Of a DNA stretch of 45,052 bases, positions 36,171 to 44,082 are shown in pieces. Under the pieces are notes generated by a model. That model was not told the origin of the DNA, did not search any database, and was given only the letters and a program-made list of their open reading frames with translations. Numbering within the stretch: position 1 is the first letter of the stretch; each line of letters begins with the position of its first letter. The stretch comes from a virus (lineage: Duplodnaviria > Caudoviricetes), in the IMG/VR virus record IMGVR_UViG_3300024187_000011, positions 1-45,052 of that record; one strand, written 5' to 3'. The position numbers were made by a program, and so were the translations under genes.

Positions 36171-37659
36171 GCTTGATCAGCTCCATGCCGTAGTTGTTCG
36201 GATCTTCTGAGACTTCCAGGCCGGGCTTCGGAATGAACTTGTTCGCCTTGAACGGTCGGTAATCAACTTGGTGCTGCCAGCGTCCCCACTTCCGAGTGAT
36301 CGTCACAACGTCGGGGTGCTGGTCGCGAAGTGACTCGGCCATCTTCGTGCGGCCGTCGCCTTTGTACAACTCATCGGTATTCCCGCCTTTCATTTTCATG
36401 GTTTCCATTTTCCAGGACAGGAACGCGTTGAACTGCACCGTACACCAGCCATCTTTCAGCGCTCTCAGTGACAGGTCGGTGTCTTCGTTGTAGCGCCCGC
36501 GCCAGCGGTAAGGAATGTCGTTTTTGATCAGGATGCACGAATAGATCCGCGTGTTAGCGACAAACGGCGGCAGCTTCTGTTTGCGCTTCGCCAGGAATCG
36601 ATAGTTGAAGCCAGCCAGCGCGACGTTCGTATAGCGCTCGGCGAAGTCTTCCGCAGCGAGAAAAGCAGCGCCGGTTTTCATCTGGATTCGCAGGTTATTG
36701 TGGAGCCGCAGGAACTGGCTGATATTGTCGTCCAGAATCCAGTGGCGAGCGTGCCCTTCGCTTACCGAGTGCTCCCAAACCCAATTACGCGCCGGTATCG
36801 AGCCTTGCCCCAGGTTGCTGAACGGAAGCACCAGGATCTTAGCCGGATCGAGTACGGCGGCGTACTCTTCGCGCTCTTGCGGCTCGATCACGATCCGATA
36901 GGGCACGTGCATGGCTTCCAGAGCTTTGCTGGTGAGTCTGGTTTGCCACCGGCCTTTCGAGATGATGTAGACCGGATATCTCGGGTCGGTCGGCTTCGGC
37001 GTCGAATAGGCTTTGTCGGCTACCTTGGCTTCTTTCGCCTTGGGGTGCCATACGAATTTCGTTGAATCGGTGATTGTCTGGCCGATGAGCTTTCCGAACG
37101 CGATGCGGTCGGCTTTCTTTTCAAAGTGCACCTTGACGGTCTGCCACGGCATCAGGTCGTCTTGCTTGAAATCCGGCATCCCCTTCCATTCGGGCTTGAT
37201 GCCGTTCAACAGCCCGTCGATCTGCATCGACTCGAACCCCGTTAGGCTCAGATCGAGATTCAGCCCCTGCAGCTCTGTGAACTCGCCGGCGAGAATACCT
37301 AGGTCCCAGGTCGCTTCTTCATGCGACCGGTTATCCATCAGCCGGTAGGCTTTGCGCTGCGCCGCGGTCAAGCCGTGCGCAACGTGCACCGGAACAAGTG
37401 CCAGGTCGAGGGACTGTGCCGCGAGTAACCGGGTGTGCCCTACCAGAATCGTGTCATCCGGCTCGCAGACAATCGGTTGCCGCCATCCGAACTCTTTTAA
37501 GCTGGCTGCGACTTTCGAAACCGCCCGGTCGGATATCTTCCGTGCGTTCTTAGCGTAAGGCTTCGGTCGGTCGATGGGCCACCATTCGATTGCGAAGACG
37601 TTCGTTTTTTCTTGTTCGGACAGAATCGGAGGGTTTGGGGTTGAAGTTTTGCGCGGCAT
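36160..37659 (-). CDS. ParB/Srx N-terminal domain fused to GREB1-like / TET-associated glycosyltransferase
   Basis: N-terminal PYAKNAR...SLKEFGWRQPI...LVGHTRLLAA...YRLMDNR; C-terminal YPVYIISKGR...IEPQE...ARNWVW...HWILDDNI...WRGRYNEDTDLSLR...GGNTD. Confidence 0.85.
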   Translation of the reverse strand: MPRKTSTPNPPILSEQEKTNVFAIEWWPIDRPKPYAKNARKISDRAVSKVAASLKEFGWRQPIVCEPDDTILVGHTRLLAAQSLDLALVPVHVAHGLTAAQRKAYRLMDNRSHEEATWDLGILAGEFTELQGLNLDLSLTGFESMQIDGLLNGIKPEWKGMPDFKQDDLMPWQTVKVHFEKKADRIAFGKLIGQTITDSTKFVWHPKAKEAKVADKAYSTPKPTDPRYPVYIISKGRWQTRLTSKALEAMHVPYRIVIEPQEREEYAAVLDPAKILVLPFSNLGQGSIPARNWVWEHSVSEGHARHWILDDNISQFLRLHNNLRIQMKTGAAFLAAEDFAERYTNVALAGFNYRFLAKRKQKLPPFVANTRIYSCILIKNDIPYRWRGRYNEDTDLSLRALKDGWCTVQFNAFLSWKMETMKMKGGNTDELYKGDGRTKMAESLRDQHPDVVTITRKWGRWQHQVDYRPFKANKFIPKPGLEVSEDPNNYGMELIKHVK

Positions 37660-37728
37660 CTGGTTGAGGCTGTAGCGGCTTACAGCTTACCAGATATCTA
37701 AATTGGTGGGGTACGTTTTGTCGCAGTT

Positions 37729-38046
37729 TCAGTCCGAGATGATCACCCAGGCGTTGCGACCGCTGCGCGTTTGCCGGCGTTCTGCCGTCTTAATTGCCAG
37801 TTTCATCTGCACCAACTCTCGCAATCGAGCGCTTACAGTCTGATGGCGCATTTCGAGCGCTACTTCGATTTCGTCGGACGTGCCCCCGGTCGCGCCGCGA
37901 TCCTTCAACCATTGCAGGATCTGGTTGCGTAGCCGTGACTTATCAGGATGAATCGATTCGTTCGCTTCCTCGCTGCATTCGTCCCCGCCGTGAAACGCCC
38001 GGCATACGTCGGGCGTTGGCTCATCGAAAAGGCTCGGCTGCTTCAC
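37729..38046 (-). CDS. Winged-helix DNA-binding protein
   Basis: GGTSDEIEVALEMRHQTVSARLRELV...RRQTRSGRNAWV. Confidence 0.8.
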   Translation of the reverse strand: MKQPSLFDEPTPDVCRAFHGGDECSEEANESIHPDKSRLRNQILQWLKDRGATGGTSDEIEVALEMRHQTVSARLRELVQMKLAIKTAERRQTRSGRNAWVIISD

Positions 38047-38522
38047 TGGTACCGGTTGATCGTGTGCGTCGGCTCGCGCCGTTGCGGTTGCTGAACTCTT
38101 CGCAGGATATCCGCTAAGTCAATGACGTGCATAGCGTGATCACACTTTCGGAACACTTCAAGCATCGCTTCGCCGTTCGTGACGACGCACGCCGCCCGCT
38201 GCGTGCTGCCAGGTGTCGGGTCTACGACGAGCCACAGTTCGTCGCTAAAGTTCATGAGCCTGTCGAAATCCATGTGCTTCCAGCACTGGCGCTGCATCTG
38301 CCGCAGTGGGCGCCGGATGGCCTGCAGGCTCAGCCCGCGCTTTCGCAGCTCGGCGATGACTGCGATGTCGACAGCTTCCTGGTTCGAGTAGATCCGTCTG
38401 TGGCCGTGATGATGCGGTTGCACGACGCGCTTTTCGTCCCACCATTGAAGCTGCCTGAGTGAAACGCCCGCAATGCTGGCTACCTGGTTCGTTGAAAGTG
38501 TTTGGTGTGTCATGTGAAACAT
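38043..38522 (-). CDS. MerR-family HTH transcriptional regulator
   Basis: STNQVASIAGVSLRQLQWWDEK...HRRIYS...ELRKRGLSLQAIR. Confidence 0.85.
   Translation of the reverse strand: MFHMTHQTLSTNQVASIAGVSLRQLQWWDEKRVVQPHHHGHRRIYSNQEAVDIAVIAELRKRGLSLQAIRRPLRQMQRQCWKHMDFDRLMNFSDELWLVVDPTPGSTQRAACVVTNGEAMLEVFRKCDHAMHVIDLADILRRVQQPQRREPTHTINRYQ
38506..38521. promoter_or_regulatory. Second parS-like site (degenerate)
   Basis: TGTTTCACATGACACA on minus strand, 14/16 to TGTTTCACGTGAAACA, overlapping the MerR start. Confidence 0.45.
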
Positions 38523-38569
38523 CTTGCCTTCGTTCTGTCGATTTGTCCATAGCCCTACAGTCCTAGGAC

Positions 38570-38941
38570 TTACGCGCTTTTCCGAACAATCGAGAGTTTC
38601 TTTGTCGGCCTTGTGGCGCACGGCTTGATCTGCTCGCCGATTGCCGGCCAGCGGACGTATTCCTGCGCGAGCACCGATGAACTGGGTACCTGATCGATTC
38701 GGTACATTCCGATAGCGACCGCCGCGGCTTGCCGGTCGGTCAGCAAGTAGAGCTTCCCACCGTTTCGGATATCTCCGATCTCCCATTGTGCGCCGTGCCG
38801 GTTCACTGAAAGATGCCGCTTGAAGTCATCGAAGCCGAACTCGCCGGCTTGACTGCGCTTGATCAGCATCAGCAGGATTGCAGTCTCTTCGTCGGAACCG
38901 CGTGCGACGTTTCGCGAAGTCGGTCTGTGCTGCCGTGGCAT
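38570..38941 (-). CDS. Hypothetical protein
   Basis: MPRQHRPT..., coupled to upstream stop. Confidence 0.6.
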   Translation of the reverse strand: MPRQHRPTSRNVARGSDEETAILLMLIKRSQAGEFGFDDFKRHLSVNRHGAQWEIGDIRNGGKLYLLTDRQAAAVAIGMYRIDQVPSSSVLAQEYVRWPAIGEQIKPCATRPTKKLSIVRKSA

Positions 38942-39156
38942 TATTTTCCTTCCCACTGGCGAAGGTACTCTCCAACTTTGCAACGCGTTCCACCCGGTAA
39001 GCAGACGCAGGGGTACGTGCCGTGGTGGATCCGCAGCAACTCCACCAGCTGCCGATGGTCGGCGATCAGGCGAGGACACATCGAACATCTTGCGGTTGCG
39101 TTTTGCAACTCCAGGTCCAGCGCGTCCAGTTCGGCCTTGGTGATTGGCTTGTTCAT
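38941..39156 (-). CDS. Hypothetical protein
   Basis: MNKPITK..., TAATG coupling. Confidence 0.55.
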   Translation of the reverse strand: MNKPITKAELDALDLELQNATARCSMCPRLIADHRQLVELLRIHHGTYPCVCLPGGTRCKVGEYLRQWEGK

Positions 39157-39398
39157 TACTTCCCTTCGTTGACGACGCCGGTTTCTTTCGCGCACTTCAG
39201 GCATCGACGGCGGATTGCGTTTGTGTGGCCGATGTAGTCAGACCGTTTGTGCTGTTGGTGGCCGCATTCGAGCACTTCCATCCAAGAGCCAGCCGCGTTC
39301 TGAAGTTCGCGAATGACCTTGCGGAGCGGGGCGCGGCGGCGATCCGGCGGAATCTGCTGATCCTCGCACCACTTCATCACTTTTTCGGTTGCGCTCAT
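39156..39398 (-). CDS. Hypothetical protein with LECGH...CxxC motif
   Basis: MSATEKV..., ATGA coupling. Confidence 0.55.
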   Translation of the reverse strand: MSATEKVMKWCEDQQIPPDRRRAPLRKVIRELQNAAGSWMEVLECGHQQHKRSDYIGHTNAIRRRCLKCAKETGVVNEGK

Positions 39399-40270
39399 GC
39401 TTTCCTCTCCACGCCAGTTCCTTTGCAGGTGGGGCATACCCTAACATCATCGGTGTACTTCTTGACTCTGAATGGACGGCCCCCACACTCAGGGCAAAGT
39501 ACGCTTTTAGTAACGCCTTTTTCTTCTACGACACGACCACTGGTCTGCGCGTCGGCTTTCTCTGGTCGTTCCCCGGATAGAACGGTGTCCGCATCAACCA
39601 GTTGAGGCTCCTTGTCGTACTTTGGTCCGAAGATATTCCGCACGAATGCGAGAAGGTTGCGGAGTGCTGTTCGGAGCGCCTCCGCTTCGCGCTGGGCGGA
39701 TTCTCGCCACGTTTTCTCCGTGCGAAAGCCTTCACGATAAGTGGTCAGGTTGTCGCGTTCCTGCGTCAATGTATCCCGATCGCGCTCCAATCGCACCAAG
39801 TTTTCCCCGCTACACGATGCGAGCCATTCGCAGACCATGCAGCCGACCGTGCCGGGTAATCGCTCTTTGTGCGTTTCGCAAATTCCGCGCTCCAGTTGCT
39901 CCACGCGGGCCTCATATGCTTCCAGTGCTGCATTCTTCAGGTCGATGGTAGCGAGCGCATCATCGGGGCACAGATGGCAGCCCAGCGCTTGCACAAATGC
40001 GTCCACGCGGGCCTGGAGCCGCGCGGTTTCGTTGAGTGCCGCTGCCAATTCTTCGGCGTCGGTAATGCTCTGGACATACTTGCCATCGCAGAAAAGTTGC
40101 TCACCTTGGGCCGTGTAACCTCCGGCCTGCCTCCTGGATTTATTCAGCACGTCACAAACTTCGTTACGCAATGCCTCCGAACACCACGCGTTGAAGTGAG
40201 CTAGAGTTGCGCCGTCTCTCTGCAGCTTGAAATTATCGAGGGTGTACCGCGCGTTCTCCTGGGGAGTCAT
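39395..40270 (-). CDS. Coiled-coil protein with C-terminal CxxCxG Zn-finger
   Basis: Start at MTPQE; CPECGG...CPTCKGTG. Confidence 0.6.
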   Translation of the reverse strand: MTPQENARYTLDNFKLQRDGATLAHFNAWCSEALRNEVCDVLNKSRRQAGGYTAQGEQLFCDGKYVQSITDAEELAAALNETARLQARVDAFVQALGCHLCPDDALATIDLKNAALEAYEARVEQLERGICETHKERLPGTVGCMVCEWLASCSGENLVRLERDRDTLTQERDNLTTYREGFRTEKTWRESAQREAEALRTALRNLLAFVRNIFGPKYDKEPQLVDADTVLSGERPEKADAQTSGRVVEEKGVTKSVLCPECGGRPFRVKKYTDDVRVCPTCKGTGVERKA

Positions 40271-40545
40271 GCCCATACGTCGTAATCTCCACATCCAGCG
40301 ACAAGCGCACGGCATACTTCGATCAGCAGGCTTTCGTCTTGAATTGAGGCAATCGAGTCGCTGATCCGAATGATCTGCCACTCGTGAAGATCCTCCGCAA
40401 GGCTGTGACCGTCCTGGTATTCCAGGAAGTCGCAATGGTCCGGGAATCTCTTTTTCAGATAGTCCACTACGAGCACCGCCGTGCGCTGCTTTCGCGCGCA
40501 TCCGATGATGTGATTAATTTGTTTCGGCTCCTGGGGCTCAGCCAT
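40267..40545 (-). CDS. Hypothetical protein
   Basis: 92 aa, coupled on both sides. Confidence 0.6.
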   Translation of the reverse strand: MAEPQEPKQINHIIGCARKQRTAVLVVDYLKKRFPDHCDFLEYQDGHSLAEDLHEWQIIRISDSIASIQDESLLIEVCRALVAGCGDYDVWA

Positions 40546-41339
40546 TAGATTTTCCCTTCTGTGATTCCCAGCGGGTACTGACGCACTCGGAGCTGTGGCG
40601 GGATATCTTCAAGCTGCGCTTTAGTGCGACCCGACATCTGCTTGAAGTGAAACGCTACGCCGGCTTCTCTGCATTGATCCTTCAGCCGGATCGCCGCGGC
40701 GACATCTATCGGCGTTGCACGGCTCCCGCTTTCGCCGCCCACGATTACCCAGGCTCTGCTACCGAGCGCGAGAAAGTCTTCCGGCAGTGTGAGCGCGCCG
40801 AACATCGGCTCGATCGATAGCCAGTACACTGCGGCTTGAACTTCGCGCAGATGCCGCCAGCGAAGTTCAAGCCAGTCCTGACGCTCCGCTGTGATGCCTT
40901 GCCAGACTCGCGGGTGATTCTTCACCGGCATCAGTTTGTTGATCAACTGGGGCCGCTTCGTGAGCATCAGCCAATAGAGCGCAAGTGTTGCGTTGATCGT
41001 GTAGCCGAGCCGTTCAAGATGTGGCTTTTGATCCGGTCGCCCTTCGGCCCAGTCACCCATCGACATGCAGAACGCTCGCGCCATGATGCCGGACAGTTCG
41101 GCGTCACGGCTCCACTTCAGCGGTTCATTCCAGTGCTTCGCGCCAAATGTGCGCCGCCCGGTGTCTGCTCCCCATATCGGGAACTTGTTCACGTCGGTCG
41201 GGTTCGGCCCGTAGCCGACGCGATTCGCGAAGGTTTCTGCATAACAGGTATCGCAAGCCGGGGAACCTTCGATCTTCGTGCAGCCCCACCACGGATTGAA
41301 CGTGTGGTGCGCCCAGGAAATCGCTGTATCTTTACCCAT
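40545..41339 (-). CDS. DUF5131 / Gp37Gp68 family (radical-SAM-like three-Cys) protein
   Basis: TAISWAHHTFNPWWGCTK...CDTCYAE...LTKRP...LSIEP...WVIVGGESG...FHFKQ. Confidence 0.9.
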   Translation of the reverse strand: MGKDTAISWAHHTFNPWWGCTKIEGSPACDTCYAETFANRVGYGPNPTDVNKFPIWGADTGRRTFGAKHWNEPLKWSRDAELSGIMARAFCMSMGDWAEGRPDQKPHLERLGYTINATLALYWLMLTKRPQLINKLMPVKNHPRVWQGITAERQDWLELRWRHLREVQAAVYWLSIEPMFGALTLPEDFLALGSRAWVIVGGESGSRATPIDVAAAIRLKDQCREAGVAFHFKQMSGRTKAQLEDIPPQLRVRQYPLGITEGKI

Positions 41340-41653
41340 TACGCACGCTCCCGAACTGCTTCACGCAATTCTTCCTCGATCGACCCGCTGATTGTCCGGT
41401 GCCATCGCGCTACAGCGCGGCTGCGCGCGTCGACGCCATCGGCGTATCCTAACAGGCTCCCCGCCGCCCGGCGTGCAATCGTGCCGCGTTTCTGCCAGCT
41501 CAGCGCCAAACCTAAGAGCGCACCCGCAGCCAGCATCGCCAGCACCGGATATCGGTACGCGTCGACCGAGTACGCGACTCCGCCCAAGAAAGCAACGATA
41601 ACCAGCATCACGCGGCCGGCGAAACTCTCGACACGGTTCTTTGAGTTATTCAT
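41339..41653 (-). CDS. Two-TM membrane protein
   Basis: Two hydrophobic segments; coupled to DUF5131 gene. Confidence 0.6.
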   Translation of the reverse strand: MNNSKNRVESFAGRVMLVIVAFLGGVAYSVDAYRYPVLAMLAAGALLGLALSWQKRGTIARRAAGSLLGYADGVDARSRAVARWHRTISGSIEEELREAVRERA

Positions 41654-41659
41654 ACTCTG

Positions 41660-41891
41660 AAATCAATCCTGTAAGAATAGAAGATTATAAAGCACTGTTG
41701 AAATGTTGAAAACCGGCATAGCTCCTGGAAACTACAAGACTTGCTGAAATGAAATCCTGTTGATTTCGCTGTGCATGACGGTTGAAAACTTCGGCGTCCT
41801 AGAAAATACTCACAGAGCAGGCGAATTTTCAACAGATTATGCACGTGGTTTACTTCCTTTTTGCACTGCCTTTTCAACAGCCTGTTGAAGC
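41660..41891. other. Putative oriC-like replication origin (DnaA-box cluster plus AT-rich unwinding tract)
   Basis: AT-rich stretch; TGTTGAAAT 41696, TGTTGAAAA 41704, TGCTGAAAT 41742, TGTTGATTT 41758, TGTGCATGA 41770, GGTTGAAAA 41780, TTTTCAACA 41826 and 41871, TTATGCACG 41837, TTTTGCACT 41859, TGTTGAAGC 41883. Confidence 0.7.
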
Positions 41892-42310
41892 ATGTTATGG
41901 ATGGAATCCGGCAGCGTCCAGACACGTTGACCACCTGAACAGTAGATCGGTGGAACGCAGAGCAGTACCGGCTTCAGCTTCCAGGCGAAACGCCCGGGCG
42001 AGTAGTCCCCGAAGAAATGCTCTGCGAGTCGTGGGGCTTTCCCAGTCGTCGCGAGCACTTCAACGATGTCGAACACGCCGAGAATGCAGCCGGTCGGTAT
42101 GATGTGATTCTGCAAGGCGTCTCGAAAGCGTTTGACTTTCTGGACTTCATGAACAGGTCGCTTCGCAGCGTGTAGCGCGATCCTGGTAACGCCGGAAGGT
42201 GGACGCCATGAGCGAGTTTCGAACCGCTTCGCTTCGATCGCTACCAGCGTAGCCCACGGTTGCCAGAGAGTCAGGCCGCGAATGATTGGTGACCCAAAGG
42301 AAGTTTGCAC
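41837..42310 (-). CDS. ASCH domain protein
   Basis: GLTLWQPWATLVAIEAKRFETRSW...IALHAAK...GCILG...FGDYSPGRFAW...GGQRVW. Confidence 0.85.
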   Translation of the reverse strand: MQTSFGSPIIRGLTLWQPWATLVAIEAKRFETRSWRPPSGVTRIALHAAKRPVHEVQKVKRFRDALQNHIIPTGCILGVFDIVEVLATTGKAPRLAEHFFGDYSPGRFAWKLKPVLLCVPPIYCSGGQRVWTLPDSIHNMLQQAVEKAVQKGSKPRA

Positions 42311-42399
42311 GTCATCCCCCCAAGGATGCGGGCCGAGCGTTGGGGCGCCCGGCCCTATGGTTCATCTCTCGCCAGGTGTCCGGCGATTCAAGCAGTCTA

Positions 42400-42885
42400 T
42401 CAGTTCGCCGGCAGCTTGCCTTGCTTGTCGTCTTCCGGCGTCTCTGTGAGCGTCCCCTGCTTCGGCTGGGGCTCGTGGCTGATCGTCACCGACGATTTAC
42501 CCTTGCCGCAGTGAATCTTGAACTCTTCCAGATACCGGCATCCGGTCGGATCGTTGAAGTCGACCGTGAAATGCAACTCCCACCGGTGACCCTTGCCGCG
42601 CTTGCCTTCGACTTCGTACTTCACCAACTCGAAGCCGTACACAGTCGTGATGTCGATTTCGATGGTGAACTTTTCCAGCGGGCCGTCGCTGGGTTTGATC
42701 GTCATCTTGCGGCCGGTCAGTTCGCCTTCGAGCTTGCTGCTTTTCTGATAGTCAACTACTTCGCCCCACTCCATCGCTTCTTTGATGGCGTTGGTGTAGC
42801 TCGCGCTGAACTTCGCCGAGCCTGAAGAATCGCCGCGGCTGAACGATTTCAGCACAGCACTGGTAAACGTAACGGTCTTAGTCAA
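42400..42885 (-). CDS. Hypothetical protein
   Basis: 161 aa, TTG start with AAAGGA RBS, strong codon bias. Confidence 0.7.
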   Translation of the reverse strand: MTKTVTFTSAVLKSFSRGDSSGSAKFSASYTNAIKEAMEWGEVVDYQKSSKLEGELTGRKMTIKPSDGPLEKFTIEIDITTVYGFELVKYEVEGKRGKGHRWELHFTVDFNDPTGCRYLEEFKIHCGKGKSSVTISHEPQPKQGTLTETPEDDKQGKLPAN

Positions 42886-42920
42886 TGGGATATCCTTTCG
42901 TCCAAGTTGAAAACGCCTGA

Positions 42921-43139
42921 CTACTTTATCCGAAGTGGTTTCGATTGTCCAGTGGCTTTGTGCTCAAACGGGCATGGCGTGCCGTGCTGCGCAAACCATG
43001 TGCAATCCAACAGCGGCTTGTTATGCACGCTGATCAGCACGTGTGCTGCGCAGTCGCGACACCACGGCTCATTAGGTGAGCAGCACTGACGCCCGCAGCA
43101 TCCACAAAAATCATTCTTGCCTCGAACGAAATCGTTCAT
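42921..43139 (-). CDS. Small Cys-rich protein
   Basis: CGCCG...WCRDC...CPF; ATGA coupling. Confidence 0.55.
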   Translation of the reverse strand: MNDFVRGKNDFCGCCGRQCCSPNEPWCRDCAAHVLISVHNKPLLDCTWFAQHGTPCPFEHKATGQSKPLRIK

Positions 43140-43870
43140 TTGATTCTGAGATGTTCTCCGCGGTCAAGCAGTACCGCGCCTGGTACCGATCCAACGTAAA
43201 CGCGGCATGTGTCTTTGCATAGTGCGCACGGCCCCGGCTGCGGATCTTCGGCATACGCTGTGCAATTGGGGCACGGTCCCTCTACCATCAGATCCTTGCG
43301 GATTAGTTCAGTGTCCGGTTCGATCGGCTTAGCTTTTTCCTTCACAAGCCGATCAGTCCACGCGCACGTGATTTCCAACTCTTCTTTTTCGATTCCCGTT
43401 ATCGTCAGTGTGTAGCGCTGGTACTTCGCCGGAAGTAGCTCAGGTTGCCTCACTTCTACCGGCTGCGCTCCGCCGTTGCCCCACCGCCGCAGTTCGCTGA
43501 CGTCGCCCTTGACGAACTTGACGCCGAGCTGCTGTAGAACTTCAAGCGCAATTGCCTTGACGCGATCGGCGCGGGCTTCGCGAGCTTTCGCCAGGTCGTA
43601 GCACCGATCAGCTTCCGCCTTCGCGGTTGCGGCGCCGCCCTCTTCGGATCGGATGAACGCCGCGACCCCATCGGCTTTCTTGACCAGTTCCGTGACACAG
43701 AGACGCAGCGCGGTTTCGCACTGGTCCACAACATCCTTGGCCTGCGCGAACTCAAGCGCGGTCCCGTGAAGCAACGCGGCATCGCGCAACTCAATCAAAA
43801 CTTCGCGCTGCGAAACAAGATCCGCGAGCAGAGAGGGGAACTCTCTGAATGTTAAGCTATGCTCGCTCAT
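43136..43870 (-). CDS. Siphovirus Gp157-like protein with Zn-finger insertion
   Basis: KADGVAAFIR...AKAEADR...PELLPAKYQ...PDTELIRKDL...VPGAVLLDRGEHLRIK. Confidence 0.75.
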   Translation of the reverse strand: MSEHSLTFREFPSLLADLVSQREVLIELRDAALLHGTALEFAQAKDVVDQCETALRLCVTELVKKADGVAAFIRSEEGGAATAKAEADRCYDLAKAREARADRVKAIALEVLQQLGVKFVKGDVSELRRWGNGGAQPVEVRQPELLPAKYQRYTLTITGIEKEELEITCAWTDRLVKEKAKPIEPDTELIRKDLMVEGPCPNCTAYAEDPQPGPCALCKDTCRVYVGSVPGAVLLDRGEHLRIK

Positions 43871-44082
43871 GTGATCAGCGCTCCCTGTTTGTCGTCGCCG
43901 CGTGGCTTTCCGGCGTCGGCGCGTTCGCTCCGCAGCTTGATACCGCTCTTCAGTTTTGCGATGGGCTCGCGCAGGTGCGCCGCGAGTGAATCACCGTCTA
44001 CAGTTTCCAGTTCCCGCAATAGGAACCGAGCATTTTCAAGGCGCGCCAGGTCCATCACGCGCGAATACTCTTCGTTGGTCAT
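43867..44082 (-). CDS. Hypothetical protein
   Basis: MTNEEY...RSERADAGKPRG; ATGA coupling. Confidence 0.55.
   Translation of the reverse strand: MTNEEYSRVMDLARLENARFLLRELETVDGDSLAAHLREPIAKLKSGIKLRSERADAGKPRGDDKQGALIT

Noticed and set aside
36160-37659. Phage-encoded ParABS partition system
   Set aside because: The ParB-like domain lacks a visible HTH, is fused to a glycosyltransferase, and no ParA ATPase was found
41650-41934. 94-aa minus-strand ORF across the AT-rich region
   Set aside because: Atypical composition; better explained as a chance frame over the DnaA-box cluster
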